Shown: positions 24,296 through 37,423, counted from the first letter of the stretch. The stretch: DNA of 64,000 bases from Lama glama (GCA_028534125.1 CM052832.1:11844001-11908000); one strand, 5' to 3'. Made by a program: numbers and translations. Notes: generated from the letters alone by a model not told the origin.

Positions 24296-26171
24296 AGAAT
24301 CCTTTCTTGAGAGTTAAGAATGAGACTTGACGGGGAACCATGTGGTCTGGGAAGCAGAAAAAGTCATGCAGAGAGGGAAGAAGAAATGAGGGGCAGAGAG
24401 AAAGGATTTCCTCGGCTTCCTGGACTACTCCTGGTTCTGGTTCATTCCTAAGGCCCAAATGCACTTTGGATTCTGGGATATACCTTTCCTCCCTGAACGC
24501 ATCTCAAGTAGGTTTCTGTTCCTTGAAAACAAAACAGCTCTAACTAGCCAACTCTGCCTCATGCATCTTCACCCATTCTTCCTCCCCTCTCGGTATCTCT
24601 ACACTGCCAGCCCTGCCAACCGTGAAAAGTGGTTGCTCCCCTCCCAACTCCCACAGTAAGAGGACTAGGGAGCTGAGGCAATTGTAGCCTGAGAAGAGAC
24701 ACAGCCAGCTTGCTGACTGGGGCTGTGAGATCCTGTCTCCTGAGGTCCACCCCTCATGAACCTCTTTTCTCCTTTTCCTGTGGCCTCAAGGATTCAGCCC
24801 ACCTCCCCCTTTCTTTATCATTGGAGCCAGCTATCCCATTTTTTCCTTTCTTCTCTCTCTCTCTCTCAAATCAAGCACCCGGCTAACTCTCAAAACAGGG
24901 CTACGGTTGATTTTTGTATTCAGAATCATAGTGCTAACCACTATGAGGAAACAAATAGGAAATCTGTATGATAATAAGAATAACAACAACAACAAAAATA
25001 GTAATAATAGGTAAAGTACAGTTTCCAAAACTCTACAGTTCTTGTAATTATTGCCCCTGATGCATGGCTTCTGATTTCTAGCTAAATAATCCCCTCAAGC
25101 ACTTGCGATTCTTCCCCAAATTAAATCCCTTCTTGATAGATATAACGCTACTTATCATTCACTGAACAACTACTTGCCAGTACTATGCTAACTGTCTCAA
25201 ATAAAGTAACTAGGTGGTCACTGTCATTATCACCAGCAGAAGACATGGAACTTAAAGAGGTCAAGTAACCTCGATATTCAAATCTGAGAGTAACAGTTAC
25301 ACTGACTCCTCGAGGACAGATCTGAACATCTACTTAAAGGTGGATGGTTGACGTAGGTCACTCAAGTATCTTCTGAGAATAAAATTTCATAAATTTAGGA
25401 CTAGACAGATTGTACCTTTGTAACCATGGCAATTAAGTAGTCACCACTAGTTTTAAGTCCAAACCACACACCAAATCACCTCAGTTCACATACTTTTTAA
25501 AGGCAATCAGTATTAGCCCCACCCTTCTGAATGTCAACCAGTTGGAAGGGACATACTCAGTAAGCCCGCCTCTGAGTGCCAATCAACCAACAACAGTCTC
25601 ACCTGAGCACGCATCCTTCTACAGATGATGTTAACCTGTTTAAGCCCAGCAATCCCTGGACTCCATGCTGCCCAGACACCCAATCTGAGGTGAACAGTCT
25701 GCACTACTGGCAGCACTGTGCCTGTCCCGCATAGCTCTCCCTCACTATAATCAGCAAGAGTCCACTTGGGCTTTTTTTTTTCAGACATTACGTGGATATC
25801 TCATTATCCTTTGATACTCTAACTCCAACTGGATTAACTTCTCAGGAGACCTCAAACTGTTTGACTCTTATCTCATGTACACAACCCTCTCCTCACAGCA
25901 ACCTGTAGGTCCACCTATAGTTTTAGTTGTGTGAGTGCCAGCTGAGGAACTGTGCAGTGTATTAAGTGCACTAAGCCACGCTGGTATAATATTATGTGTA
26001 CACAATATATGATAATATGTAATATTTATAACATATATATGAACAATATTGGTGGTCTAGAAATACTTAATATTTATAATATTGTACCAATGTAGCTGAA
26101 TAACTGCTTTCTAAATAAAGTAACATCTCATATGTAAATACAGATAACTTTACATAATATTTTCTGAATAC

Positions 26172-26298
26172 CTGTGTGTAATTCAAGTGCTCCTACAACT
26201 ATAACAGGCTTCAGCTCATCAATCTCCTGTTCAAAAGTAGCGTAGTATAGAATTTCAGATCTGATTTCAGTCAGAGAGGGGTTGTTAGACAAGAACTC
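26172..26298 (-). CDS. DNAH8: DNAH8 exon (EFLSNNPSLTEIRSEILYYATFEQEIDELKPVIVVGALELHT)
   Basis: ctacag acceptor, G|gtattc donor, 127 nt. Confidence 0.93.
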
Positions 26299-26854
26299 CT
26301 GTAGCAAGGAAAGAATCAATGTTTTCTTCAGCTTTTTGACCATATAAATCTTACACTTCTGATAGCTGAGTTAGACAATTGCATCTGCTTATATATTTTT
26401 CCACTTGAATGTGCTATCAGGCCAGTGGCTCAGTAAAGAAAGGGAGGAACAGGCAGTGACAGAAGAGGGGGCTAAGTGGGGGAATTTCACAGTTCTGAAC
26501 GGTTATTCAGAGTTCAAAGTCTCATTGAGTCTCTAACCAAAAATACAGCTGAGTCTATGTAAGTAAATGTGACACCCTCGAACACCTGGCGTCTGGACAT
26601 GCCTGGAACATAACTGGCATTCAGTCGTTTAAAGGAACCAAACAAAATCTGCCTGAGCCTCCTTATGGTCAATTTCCCCAGTCGTCACTGTGAGAATCAC
26701 ACAAGACGTAATGTGTTGGATGCTTGGCATTTACAGGTTCTCGGTCTCTGTTCCTGAGTTCTCATCAGCATTACTGATATTTTCCTAGTCCTTCCACATG
26801 AGTTAGATACAAACAATTAAAACCCAAACTGAGTCACAAGTAATGGAAACACAC

Positions 26855-27051
26855 CTTCACTTTTATGTCTCGGTCCTCTGTCCAGAGCGTCTTGTACTTT
26901 TGAAAGTCCTGCAGGGCCTCGTGAGCCACCTTTCTGAGAGAATTCACAGAGGAAGAAAGGAGGAGCACCAACTTGGAAATATCCTTGTGCTCTGCTACAC
27001 CTGGATAAAAATTCTTCAGCTTCCTCGCAGGAATAATTTCTTCAAAAGATT
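26855..27051 (-). CDS. DNAH8: DNAH8 exon (KSFEEIIPARKLKNFYPGVAEHKDISKL...WTEDRDIKVK)
   Basis: tttcag acceptor, AAG|gtgtgt donor, 197 nt, phase 1 to 0. Confidence 0.92.
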
Positions 27052-27559
27052 CTGAAAACAGACATTTTTATCCTATAGGTAACTCCTACATTCAACTTCA
27101 AACATGATCAATTTTAATATTTATAGACTTTCTTCAAACTTTATTTTCTTAATGACCATCCCCCTCCAAATAATTAAGACCTATTCTCTTGCTAGCTTCA
27201 TTTATTAAACTATTGTGTCCAATTTCAAGGTCTAAATTTCTTTAAAGTGAGAAAACTGTTATTCAGGGGAGAGAACTGAAAGATACTGATTAACCACTCC
27301 CCACACCGAAAAAAAATGTCCTCCAAGGAAATATCAAGAGTTTTTGCTACCCTACAGCACAGCATGGTGAGACACCACATTTATTATCCAAATGACCTCA
27401 AGCCAGTCATTTAATCTTCATAGAAATACTTACGAGAATTAAATAAGACAACATATGCTTGTCTTCAACTCACCAACACTATTCACCACCACTATAAACA
27501 TCTCTCGCCAAAACTTGGTCATGTCACTGCCTTGTTTGAAATTCTCAAGTATTCTCCAT

Positions 27560-27760
27560 CAAGCAGAGACCATACGGATATTTCGTTTGGTCCAAACAGT
27601 ACCTTACTTTTTTAAAGCAGTTGTTAACAATGAAAAAAATTCATGAGATTTCATGCAGAATCCCAGATTTCCAGCTTCTCTTTCAAAATGATTTAACCTG
27701 GTATCACAGGGCCCCACGATCCTGCATGGCAAAAGGCGAGCTGAAGCCGAGCGGTATGGC
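27560..27760. mobile_element. hAT-Charlie MER102-like fragment
   Basis: cagatttccagcttctctttcaaaat...gggccccacgatcctgcatggcaa...gctgaagccgag. Confidence 0.55.
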
Positions 27761-28036
27761 TAAGTGACACTACTTACTTACTTACCACAGTCACCTCCAA
27801 AGTAGAATTAGCACTAAGGTTTACTGTCATTTTTAACTTTGAATCTAAGGTGATGATAGTAAAAGACCGGTAAGTGTCCTTGCTCACTCATGACCAAAAT
27901 CTGGAGGGAAATGTCTATGTGTTATGTTTAAGATGGGAGATGGCGAACACATACCCAGGGAGAATCAGAAAGACCATTTACTCATTGTTACAATTCTAAG
28001 GTTCTCCTCATCTAAGATTTATTTGAACATTCTTAC

Positions 28037-28232
28037 TGTCTTCCTTCTTCAGCTGTTTTCCCGTGCTCGGATGGCTCACGTCAGCAGTGGTGCGGGAGGG
28101 ACTGCCAATGACAGACTTGATGTGACGGCTTTGCTGCTGCCCCCAGTGAGCCACCCCTCTGCTGACCTCCAGGGTTAAGTGGATCATACGGTTGATGGCT
28201 TGTTGAATGTCATCCAAACTAGGAACCATTAC
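28037..28232 (-). CDS. DNAH8: DNAH8 exon (VMVPSLDDIQQAINRMIHLTLEVSRGVAHWG...KQLKKED)
   Basis: ccacag acceptor, A|gtaaga donor, 196 nt, phase 0 to 1. Confidence 0.92.
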
Positions 28233-29187
28233 CTGTGGGAAGAAGAAACAAGCATCTGGTGCTGCCAATACATACAGTCCATCCCTCCAATTTGCACCAC
28301 CCCCATTCCCCACCAAGGGGGAAGCCTCTGCTGCCCAAGTGCAAGGCTGGTTTGAGCAGAGGGACGTCAGAGGAAGGTAGGCTTCAGACTTAATCAATCT
28401 TCAGGTTTTCCCATTCTACCCACTCCTGCAGGCAGAAAGGTCAAACATAGCACTTCCCATCCTTCCCTGTGAGGGTGACTGGATGCAGCCAAATACTGTG
28501 GCATGTGTTGGATGTCCATGAGGCAGAATAACTGAGGAAGTTTTATACTGCCAAGATTCTGACCTCAGTCCTGTGAAATGTGCCAAATAAGCAAAGAAGC
28601 TGTTCTTCAGGAGGCCAGACCATGTAGATGTGGTGTCAGGTGAGCCATAGATTGTTCCTGCCTGACCTTATCCCTGAGCCCATCACAGAATGACCCTCAG
28701 TCATCCTGTGTGGCTTGCTGTTCCAGATGCCAATAAGCAGCTGGGGTGGTGGAAAGAGAGAAGTGTCATGACAAGGCATGGGGGGTTCCATGGTGCTCAG
28801 GGCACAGGCTCTCTCTTCCTCCCTCCCTCCCTCTCTCTCTTTCTTTCTTTCTATTCTGCCATGGGTTGCCTCACAGTTGGGTGTTCAGGGTAGGGATTTA
28901 GACTTCTGAGATGGTCTTATTTAAATAATTTAATGTCCGAAGTAAGAGAAAACAAGACAGACACTTACCTCTTACACCAACCTGCAATACACCACAAGCT
29001 ATGCAGAAGTAATTTTTTACAGTAGATATAAATAATACATTTTGATTTTTGCTAAATACTGAGATGAAGTAAAAAAATACATAGGACCACGAGGTTACCC
29101 TATGTAAAAGTTCAGTTCTAATGCTATACTTCTTGAATACATTACCAGAATAGCATGGTATTTACCTGAATGTTTAATAATACTTAC

Positions 29188-29263
29188 CACATTAGGAATT
29201 TCAAGATGTACTTCACATTTTATAAAGGAAATAACATCTTCTGACTGCTTCCGTCCATATGAG
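29188..29263 (-). CDS. DNAH8: DNAH8 exon ([S]SYGRKQSEDVISFIKCEVHLEIPNV)
   Basis: ttacag acceptor, GTG|gtaagt donor, 76 nt, needs a phase-2 upstream exon. Confidence 0.88.
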
Positions 29264-30099
29264 CTGTAATAAGATGGATGTTTAACTTATAAAACTTAAC
29301 CTAAAATTTCATAAATAGCTTGATTATGCTACAACTTTCAATCCTAAAAACAAAGATCATTTCAAAATATAAATTACATGAAGACAATGTTATTTACAAT
29401 GGAATCATAAAATTTATAAACTAGTTCATAAACTAAGACAACTTAATGATTTAATATTATCCAAAGTAAAACATTAGTCTCCTGTCCATTTTCTTGTATT
29501 TTTATGTTGCTTTCTTTCAGTAGTAACCACTTAATAATATTTACTAAAAGCATCCCCTTTTCCCAACCCTACAACAGATGCTGGAAAAGATCACCAAAAA
29601 AAAAAAAGCATATTAACTTCACATACTTCTTTGCAAGGTTAAACAAGAGGTTTCTAGCCAAAGTCTTCCCCAAACTGCCTTTTTAAACAATATCAGTCGT
29701 GCTCAGACAGAAATACAAACATAGAGATAGATACACGAGTGCAAGTAATGAAGTGACACACATCAGGGCTGCAAATTAATTAGATTATCTCTCTCTGCCT
29801 GGCAGACACTAACGTGATGTCCTCCCACGTATAAGAGAGGCAAAACAACAACAAGATAAAGTCTGTCAGCCTACTGCCTGCAGCTGTCGCTTTTCCAGGA
29901 GACCTGGGCCTGGGGTGACAGAAGCAAACCCACAGCATCCCCAGTAAGCGTGCAAGCCGGGCCACTTGTGAGTTCCCCATCTAAACCTGTCACATCCCAG
30001 TAACTCTTCAGAGGGCAGTAACTGCGAGCTAAAGGGAAGTAAATACGACCCAGTTCTGCACTCAGGGTACCAAAGGTTGTGTGGAGGCAAAAGTGAAAC

Positions 30100-31966
30100 T
30101 CCTAGATAGGGGGGAAAGAAGAGAGAAACACACAGAAACTAAAAAACCTCTCACAAAGAGCGCCTATAAACTAAAGCCTTAATATGCAAAAGCAAGTCTA
30201 ACAGTAAGAAAGAAGATGAAAGAAATTAATAATCAAAACAAAAGCTTACTGCAGACATAGTTTGATGTATAGAAGCATGACAAACTCTAAAATGAGTATA
30301 TTGAGAATGTTCAAAGAGATAAGTGAATGGTACCTTCCAAAAAGACAATAAATTGCTAAACTAAAAAGGCAGAAATGATACAATATCTGGAGGATAAGGA
30401 GAAAGTATTAATTGAAATGCTTAAGATGCAATAGATGAGATCACCTTTCAGCTCAATACAGAGATACTTACTCACAATGTAGCCCAGAAAGACAGAAAGA
30501 CGAAATAGATGACAGACTAGTTAGGAGACAGGAGAGACAGACTGAGATGCCCCAACATTGGAGATGGCCATTGGCCCAGGGCGCCCAGGACAGTGCTCGG
30601 GTTCAGTCCATCCTGACACTTCATCTGGACAGTGCCTCTTCACTCAAAAGAGTGTCCTAGATAGAACAATAAATTACGAGGTCAGTCTATTCAACATTCA
30701 GCTACTAGGAGTTCCACAGCAAGAGAATGAAGGGAATGTCTCAGAAGCAACAACTGAATAGGAAACTGCTGAGAATTTTCCAGGGTTAAGGAACACAGTA
30801 AGCTCTCATTATAGAAAGCACACTCTGAGAACAAAGGAGGATTAAATACAGACAAATCCACACCGCTGGAGAAAACTGCAGAACATCAAGGATAAAAAAC
30901 AAGTTTCAGTTAGACTCACCGCAGAATGCTCATCAGCAGCAACACAGGTCAGAAAAAAATGAAGAAATACTTTCAAAGTGCTGAGGAGCAAGCAAAAGTT
31001 TTTTATCCAGCTAAAGGGCCATGAAAGTTTGAGGGCAAAATAAGGGGCATTTTTCAGACTTAAAACGAAGACAAAAAGTTTACCCCTCACTAAGGGATAT
31101 GTGGGATACAATAAATACACAGGAATCTGAAGATTTTTAATAAAATATGCCAGTAAATAAGTTATTTTTGAGTGTTCAAGAAAAGGTGAACGTGAAACAT
31201 CAAACAACAGTGATGAAGTAGGTACAGTTCATGCCGAGGCCCTTATAGTTAGAAGACTAGAAAACTGGAAAACCAAACACTACTTTTTGAAAACTGGAGC
31301 TAAATATATACATATATATATATATATTCTAAATTTAAAGGTGACTACTTAAAGAACTGAAGTATAGGAAAGAGAATAAAAGGGGAAAAGTATCCAACCC
31401 AAAGACAAGAGATAATAAAATAAACCAAAAAGAAAGGACAGTAAGAAGAAACCACAAAATAAACTGTCATAAACTAAGTATAATTACATTAAAAAATCAC
31501 AAAAAAGTAAGCAGATTAAACTCTATTAAAAAGCAGAGACAATCAGGTCGAATAAAAATAATCAGGTATATGATACTTTTAGGAGGTAAAACAAAAAAAT
31601 GGACAGAAAAGCTTAAATGTAGAGATAGAAAAAGATATACCAAAAAAGCCAGGAAAGTAATGACAGACTAAAAAGAATTTGAGAAATCAGGATTAATATG
31701 GATAAAGAGGTTCACCAAATAAAAATGAAAGAAACAGTGTTCTAAGCAGATTTAACTACTATGACTTCCCATGCATCTAACAATGTAGACTTAAAAGATG
31801 TAAAACAAGAACTGACCAAAACGGAAGGAAAATTTGACTTCACAATCACACTGGGAGATTTTAAGTGTGCAATTAAATTAAAATTCAGCAGTGAATAATC
31901 AAGGAATAGCCCTAACAAATAACAAAAATGTGCAAGACTTTTTGCACAGGGAATTATAAAACTTCA
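30100..31966 (+). mobile_element. Old L1 ORF1 / ORF2-start remnant, running into the gap
   Basis: A-rich, with L1-like stretches (ggagttccacagcaagagaatg, gctgagaattttccagg, aatactttcaaagtgctgagg, cacaatcacactgggagattttaa). Confidence 0.6.
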
Positions 31967-32466
31967 NNNNNNNNNNNNNNNNNNNNNNNNNNNNNNNNNN
32001 NNNNNNNNNNNNNNNNNNNNNNNNNNNNNNNNNNNNNNNNNNNNNNNNNNNNNNNNNNNNNNNNNNNNNNNNNNNNNNNNNNNNNNNNNNNNNNNNNNNN
32101 NNNNNNNNNNNNNNNNNNNNNNNNNNNNNNNNNNNNNNNNNNNNNNNNNNNNNNNNNNNNNNNNNNNNNNNNNNNNNNNNNNNNNNNNNNNNNNNNNNNN
32201 NNNNNNNNNNNNNNNNNNNNNNNNNNNNNNNNNNNNNNNNNNNNNNNNNNNNNNNNNNNNNNNNNNNNNNNNNNNNNNNNNNNNNNNNNNNNNNNNNNNN
32301 NNNNNNNNNNNNNNNNNNNNNNNNNNNNNNNNNNNNNNNNNNNNNNNNNNNNNNNNNNNNNNNNNNNNNNNNNNNNNNNNNNNNNNNNNNNNNNNNNNNN
32401 NNNNNNNNNNNNNNNNNNNNNNNNNNNNNNNNNNNNNNNNNNNNNNNNNNNNNNNNNNNNNNNNNN
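31967..32466. other. Assembly gap (exactly 500 N)
   Basis: Run of N. Confidence 1.
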
Positions 32467-32759
32467 TGGGAGGGAGAAATGTTTCTACCAGGGACACAGT
32501 GATGGTTCCAGCAAGGTTATGGATAAGAGATTCAGGTTAATACGGGACAAACCAGGAACCTGAACTGACCAACAATTCAGCCCACACAATAACAACACCC
32601 CAGATAATGTCAGCAAGGATGGGTGATGGCTTAAAATCATCCATCCCCTGCCTCACACTTAACTCTGCCCAACACCTCTGCACCCCTCAGAGGTACTCAG
32701 ACACAGCCCCAGTACTCTTAATTTACTGGAGCTCAAAACTGAAATCAAATTTGGTTATA

Positions 32760-32857
32760 GGAAAAGAAAGGGGAGGAGGGGAGGAAGAGAAGAGGGAAAA
32801 AGGACAAGAAGAAGGGAGGAAGGAAGGAAGAAGGGAGCAAGAAGAAGGAAGAAAAAG
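32760..32857. repeat. Purine-rich (GA/GGAA) low-complexity tract
   Basis: ggaaaagaaaggggaggagggg...aaggaaggaagaagggag. Confidence 0.8.
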
Positions 32858-33221
32858 CAGCACGCTGCAGTTCTTTTCCCCTGGCTGGGACTGAGATTTG
32901 AATCTATAACATGATAAAAAACTGAACATAAAAATCTTCCCAAATCTATGGAGAAATATCAGTAAAGAGTCTTGATATTTACTTTTACTGTTTTTCAGGG
33001 GAAAGTCATAATCTTAGCATATCAATTTTAAGGTCATGACAATTCCTGCTTATAAAATCAGAATATTATTAATTGTATAGAAACAACTGTATCATCCCAA
33101 ATCTAAATTTCACCATCATTAAAGTCATATAAGAAAGATGTAAAAATGCTCCAGAACCAGGAACTCATTCAGAAGCACCTAACACCCCATCTGTAGCACC
33201 ACCACGTAGTCCTGCACACAC

Positions 33222-33357
33222 CGTACTGCAACTGCGAGATCTCTCTGACCCAGGCTGTGTGATAGACAACCTCGAATTCCACGAGGACGTAGGAAATTTT
33301 ATTATACTGACGAATGACAGCTTTGCCTTCTGCACTTGACAAAATTTCCGAGTTTTT
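33222..33357 (-). CDS. DNAH8: DNAH8 exon (KNSEILSSAEGKAVIRQYNKISYVLVEFEVVYHTAWVREISQLQY)
   Basis: tacag acceptor, G|gtgtgt donor, 136 nt, ends phase 1; last exon before the 31967-32466 gap. Confidence 0.9.
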
Positions 33358-34666
33358 CTGTATTTTTAAAGGAAAAAGAAAGATTTATTTTTAAAAGTCT
33401 GCTGATTGTTTTCGTATGCAAATCAAGAGCTGTTTACATTTTAAATGACATCAAATAATGGTGCTAACCATCTAGATTTTGCCTCAGAGTAAATCAGGGG
33501 TGAGGAAGGCCAGACAAGCTAGAGAAGGAAGCAGGGAAAATTACCAGTAGAAAGGGGAAACTGGGGAAGGAAATAAAGGATTTAAAAAGAGCAGTCTCCA
33601 TGCCTATAGCTGGCTCCAGGCACTGAGAGTCTCCACTTCCAATTTTATGTCCCCTTCCCACTTTTTTGGGCAAGATACAATGGACTAATATTCCTTGAAC
33701 TATATGAATATTAGGGAAAATTCCTAAATTCCAGCACCAAAAAAATAAATAAATGTATATCCAAAAAAATCCAAATTTCTTTACATAAAAATGGAAATTT
33801 TTATGTTTTGACTTACATATATCAAAAATTGGGCAATCTCTTCTCTGTCACTACAAAGTCAGTAAACAACTGAGTCCCCATCCTGGCCTCTTGCCTAAGG
33901 CCAGCGTTTTAAATTTTTTTTTTTAATACTGAGAATGGTAAAATAAATGATAGCAGTGAAACAGAGACAACAAACACTTAATATTTAATGATGCTTTAAT
34001 AATAAAATTACTTGCAAGACTGTTATTTTGTAGTTATTTTATTCTATATTTAGACATAAGCAAACCAATCCTGCTTTGCTATTCTGTCTCTGTAAGACAT
34101 AAAGCACAGAAAGCAAAACAAAACAAAAACAAAAAGAAGACAAACTGGCAGTTTCAGAATGCCAGCAAGGCCTAAGACTATCATCCTGGTGTTTTTCAGA
34201 AAGCTAATAATCCACAGGACACAGAGGATGAATGTGCTGTTATACTGTGCTTGTGGTCCCAGTCCTTCACAGGAATGTACTCTGAGTGCATCTTCACCCT
34301 CACTAATATGTATCAGTGACCTATCTGTCCACACATGGAAGTAAGTTTCAGCACTAGGTCTGTCCTCTATTGTTTCCAAAATAATTATTTTTCAAAAGCC
34401 TTTATAAAATGTCTTGTATTACTAAAAGTCATAAAGTCATAAGATTCACCCCCTTAGAGACTACCTTTAATTAAACAGGCTTATCTAACAAACATGAAAG
34501 AATTGGTTTAGTCTCCCTCAAGCATATTTGTAAACAATATTTTCTTTGCCCAGTGAAAGAATTAGCTCTCGCTACTCTACTGGACACAAATGTTGTAGGA
34601 TAAAATTTATTTCTTGTGTTAAAACCCACCACAATCCACATAATGTAAATTTAACCATTGGCTTAC

Positions 34667-34786
34667 AAAGAAATAGTTGATGGGCTCACTTATGCGGCGA
34701 TACAGCTGCCTCACCCAAAGGATTTTTCCTGCTACAGGGGGCATGTTGCGAGCAAGAGGGGGGTCATCTTTCTGAGAATGATAAAG
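34667..34786 (-). CDS. DNAH8: DNAH8 exon ([40 protein letters not shown])
   Basis: ttacag acceptor, TTT|gtaagc donor, 120 nt. Confidence 0.93.
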
Positions 34787-35404
34787 CTGTAATTAAAGGT
34801 CTGGCATTAATGTCTGAAATTCAATACAGTGGAAAAAGCCAAAAAAATAGTTATATTTGTATTGATGTTTTACTTTTATTCACATGTTTTATACAGAAGA
34901 GGTAGCAATAAAGATGTAAATGCACTCCAGAGATATCAACCTGAGGCTGAAAACTGTGATGTTTACGATGTATGACCCTTAATTCTCTCTTAACCCTTAC
35001 TTCTAATTACGTGTATTTTTTTTCTGCCTTTTATCACCAATTTTAAGCATTTATTGAAAAGCGATTCAAAAGCGGGAGCACAGAGCTACATTCTATCTGT
35101 CATAATATTCTCTCCAGAGCCCATATTTTGATACACAAAAATATGAACTTAAACAGTCTTTCCCATAAACACATGAATGCTGTCATAAAAAAAAAGACAG
35201 TTCTTAAGAGCAAAAGGGTGTAAATCTGGTTGTTCAGGGACACAGACTGTCAGCACCTTCCCCAACGGTGAAAGGAGCATCAAAGATACTTAGCAGTGGA
35301 AGGATGGGTCTGGAAAGCCTGGCCCAAGATAATGACGGCAAATGCTGTCAGAATATTTTCTTTTTGTACTGAAGTACCATTCTAGTTATAACCATGATAC
35401 CTGC

Positions 35405-35504
35405 CTTCTTAGTAGCTTCAAGTTCGGCCACATAATACTGAAGAATACGCTCAACTGTGTGGTTTATTTCTAACTGAAGACAGGGAATGTTCAGTTTCTG
35501 GAAT
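35405..35504 (-). CDS. DNAH8: DNAH8 exon (FQKLNIPCLQLEINHTVERILQYYVAELEATKK), GC donor
   Basis: ttttag acceptor; an in-frame join to the next exon needs the AAG|gcaggt donor; 100 nt. Confidence 0.85.
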
Positions 35505-35579
35505 CTAAAAGCAATTGAGGGTGAATAATTAAAAAAATAAATGAGAAACATATTTAAGAATTGCTACAGTCCTAAAAAT

Positions 35580-35990
35580 CCATTCACTTATTTGACAAAT
35601 ATTCACACCAGGCCTCATGCATTGCCCTAGGACACAGTGATGAACAAGACAGATGTGGTTCCAGCCCTCTTGGAGCCAACAATTATCTTATGGAAAAGGG
35701 AGAGATGGGTGGAGAGTGACATAAATCATTATTTAAATTAAAAGGGCACCAGAGCTCACACAGGCACCTCTCGTCTGTGTGGCCTGCTGTTGTCTATGGC
35801 AGCGTAACTTAAAAAACTCTCTTTCTATTCTCAAAAAATAAAAAAAGGTGCCAGAAATGCATGCAACAGGGGAACCCAGCCAAGTTTGAGGAGTCAAGAA
35901 AGAATTCCCTGAGAAAGCGATGTCCAAACTGAGCTTAAAAAGATGAGTGGGGAGTTGGCTTAGCAAAGATGGAGGGGAGCACCCTGACTG
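35580..35990 (-). mobile_element. L2 3' fragment
   Basis: cattcacttatttgacaaatatt...gtgatgaacaagacagatgtggttccagccctcttggagc; other L2 pieces near 16900-17110, 44600-44710 and 63300-63500. Confidence 0.65.
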
Positions 35991-36901
35991 CCCCTCTGCC
36001 AATATTAATGCTCATATCACTCCAAATACCCATAATGATAGTAATAATTTTGTCAGCCAAATACCACTTCCACTGAGAGACTAAGTGAAACACAGGAAGT
36101 ACTAGAACCCTTAAGGTTCTGATTATAAAATGAGTTGACACCAGCATCCTACAGGTAAAACAAGACAGAGATGAGAAATTGTCAAGAAAATGATATGATA
36201 TTCAGTCTGTACAGTACTGTCACTCATCAAAATCATTTTATGTCTGTTTTGACTCTTACGGTGGTCTCATGAGGTGAGGTTTCACAGTGTATGATCCATC
36301 GTTAGAGAGATGTAGAACTATGGCAAAGTCAGACCCAAATGCAGATCCCCTGGCTCTCAGGGGAGAGTTCCAAAAGTGTCCCTGACTGGGTGTGAGCCCT
36401 CCCTGAGCCAGAAAAAAAAAAAAGGCCTCTAGTCCAGCCCGTCCCTCTGAGCCAGGCTTTCCTGTCCTTTAGGGGAGCTCTGCTGTCAAGAGTAGCGGGA
36501 AAGGCAGCTGCAGGAGGACTCAGGAGGGAAAACAGAAAGTCTGGGAACCTACAACTCTTAGATAATTTCACTTTTTGAAATCTTTTCCAGGATGTAGAAT
36601 TAAACATTATTTGTTCTTTTTCCAATAATACTTGTGAAATTAGCTTTAACATATGATATTGCTGGGGGGAAAAGGTGAAATCGTTTCATTTTCTTAATGA
36701 CTTTCTACTACAAAAAATTACAATGAAAAATGTCATACCATTTTCAAACTTTCACCAGTCTATTTAATGGTAATTGAAAGATGAATGTTTATAAGTTTTA
36801 AAGTTTAGATAGGAGAGATCTGCAAAATTTTCTGAAATTATTATTTTCAGATATAAAGTTATCCCACCTAGAACGTGTACTACTTAATGCATTATAAATA
36901 C

Positions 36902-36978
36902 CTTTGAAGCAGCTGAAGAGCCTGCTGAGAAGATAAGATTTTTCCAAAAGTACTGTTCATAAATGCCTGTATTTGTAC
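36902..36978 (-). CDS. DNAH8: DNAH8 exon (VQIQAFMNSTFGKILSSQQALQLLQ[R])
   Basis: ttttag acceptor, AG|gtattt donor, 77 nt, phase 0 to 2. Confidence 0.92.
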
Positions 36979-37108
36979 CTAAAATACAATAATAATATTT
37001 AAGTAATTTTTTGAATGATTAGTTTTGCTTAACAACAATTAATGATTCTCCTACAATCAAACAGAATCAAAATAGCCTTAAACACATCTACCACTTAAGC
37101 ATCTAGAA

Positions 37109-37423
37109 CTGCGCTGTCCAGTACGGTGGCCACTGGCCACACATTGCTACTGAGCACTTGAAATGTCACTACTTGGAAGGGAGATGTGCTGTAAATACAA
37201 AACACACACTAGATTTCAAAGACTTAGTACAAAAAAAAAAAGAATATAAAATATCTCATGATGTTTATATGAATGACATGTAAAAATGATAATATTTTGA
37301 ATACTGTTGGGTTGAAAAAGTATTTTATTAAAATTAATTTCACCAGCTTCTATTTACTATTAAAAAAATTAAAATCACATAAATGGTTTGCATTTGCCGT
37401 TCATTATTTATTGGACATTGACC
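37109..37423. mobile_element. hAT-Charlie MER33-like element
   Basis: ctgcgctgtccagtacggtggccactggccac...gatttcaaagacttagtac...attggaca. Confidence 0.8.

Noticed and set aside
28969..28981. Possible 13-nt micro-exon (ttgcag|GTTGGTGTAAGAG|gtaagt) on the minus strand
   Set aside because: It would frameshift, a 30-nt version contains TAA, and the flanking exons already join in frame. Such consensus matches arise by chance.
524..33357. Naturally truncated or 'mini' dynein lacking AAA1-3 and part of the tail
   Set aside because: Both discontinuities coincide with identical 500-N gaps, phases are incompatible, and all visible exons are intact, so an assembly artefact is far more likely.
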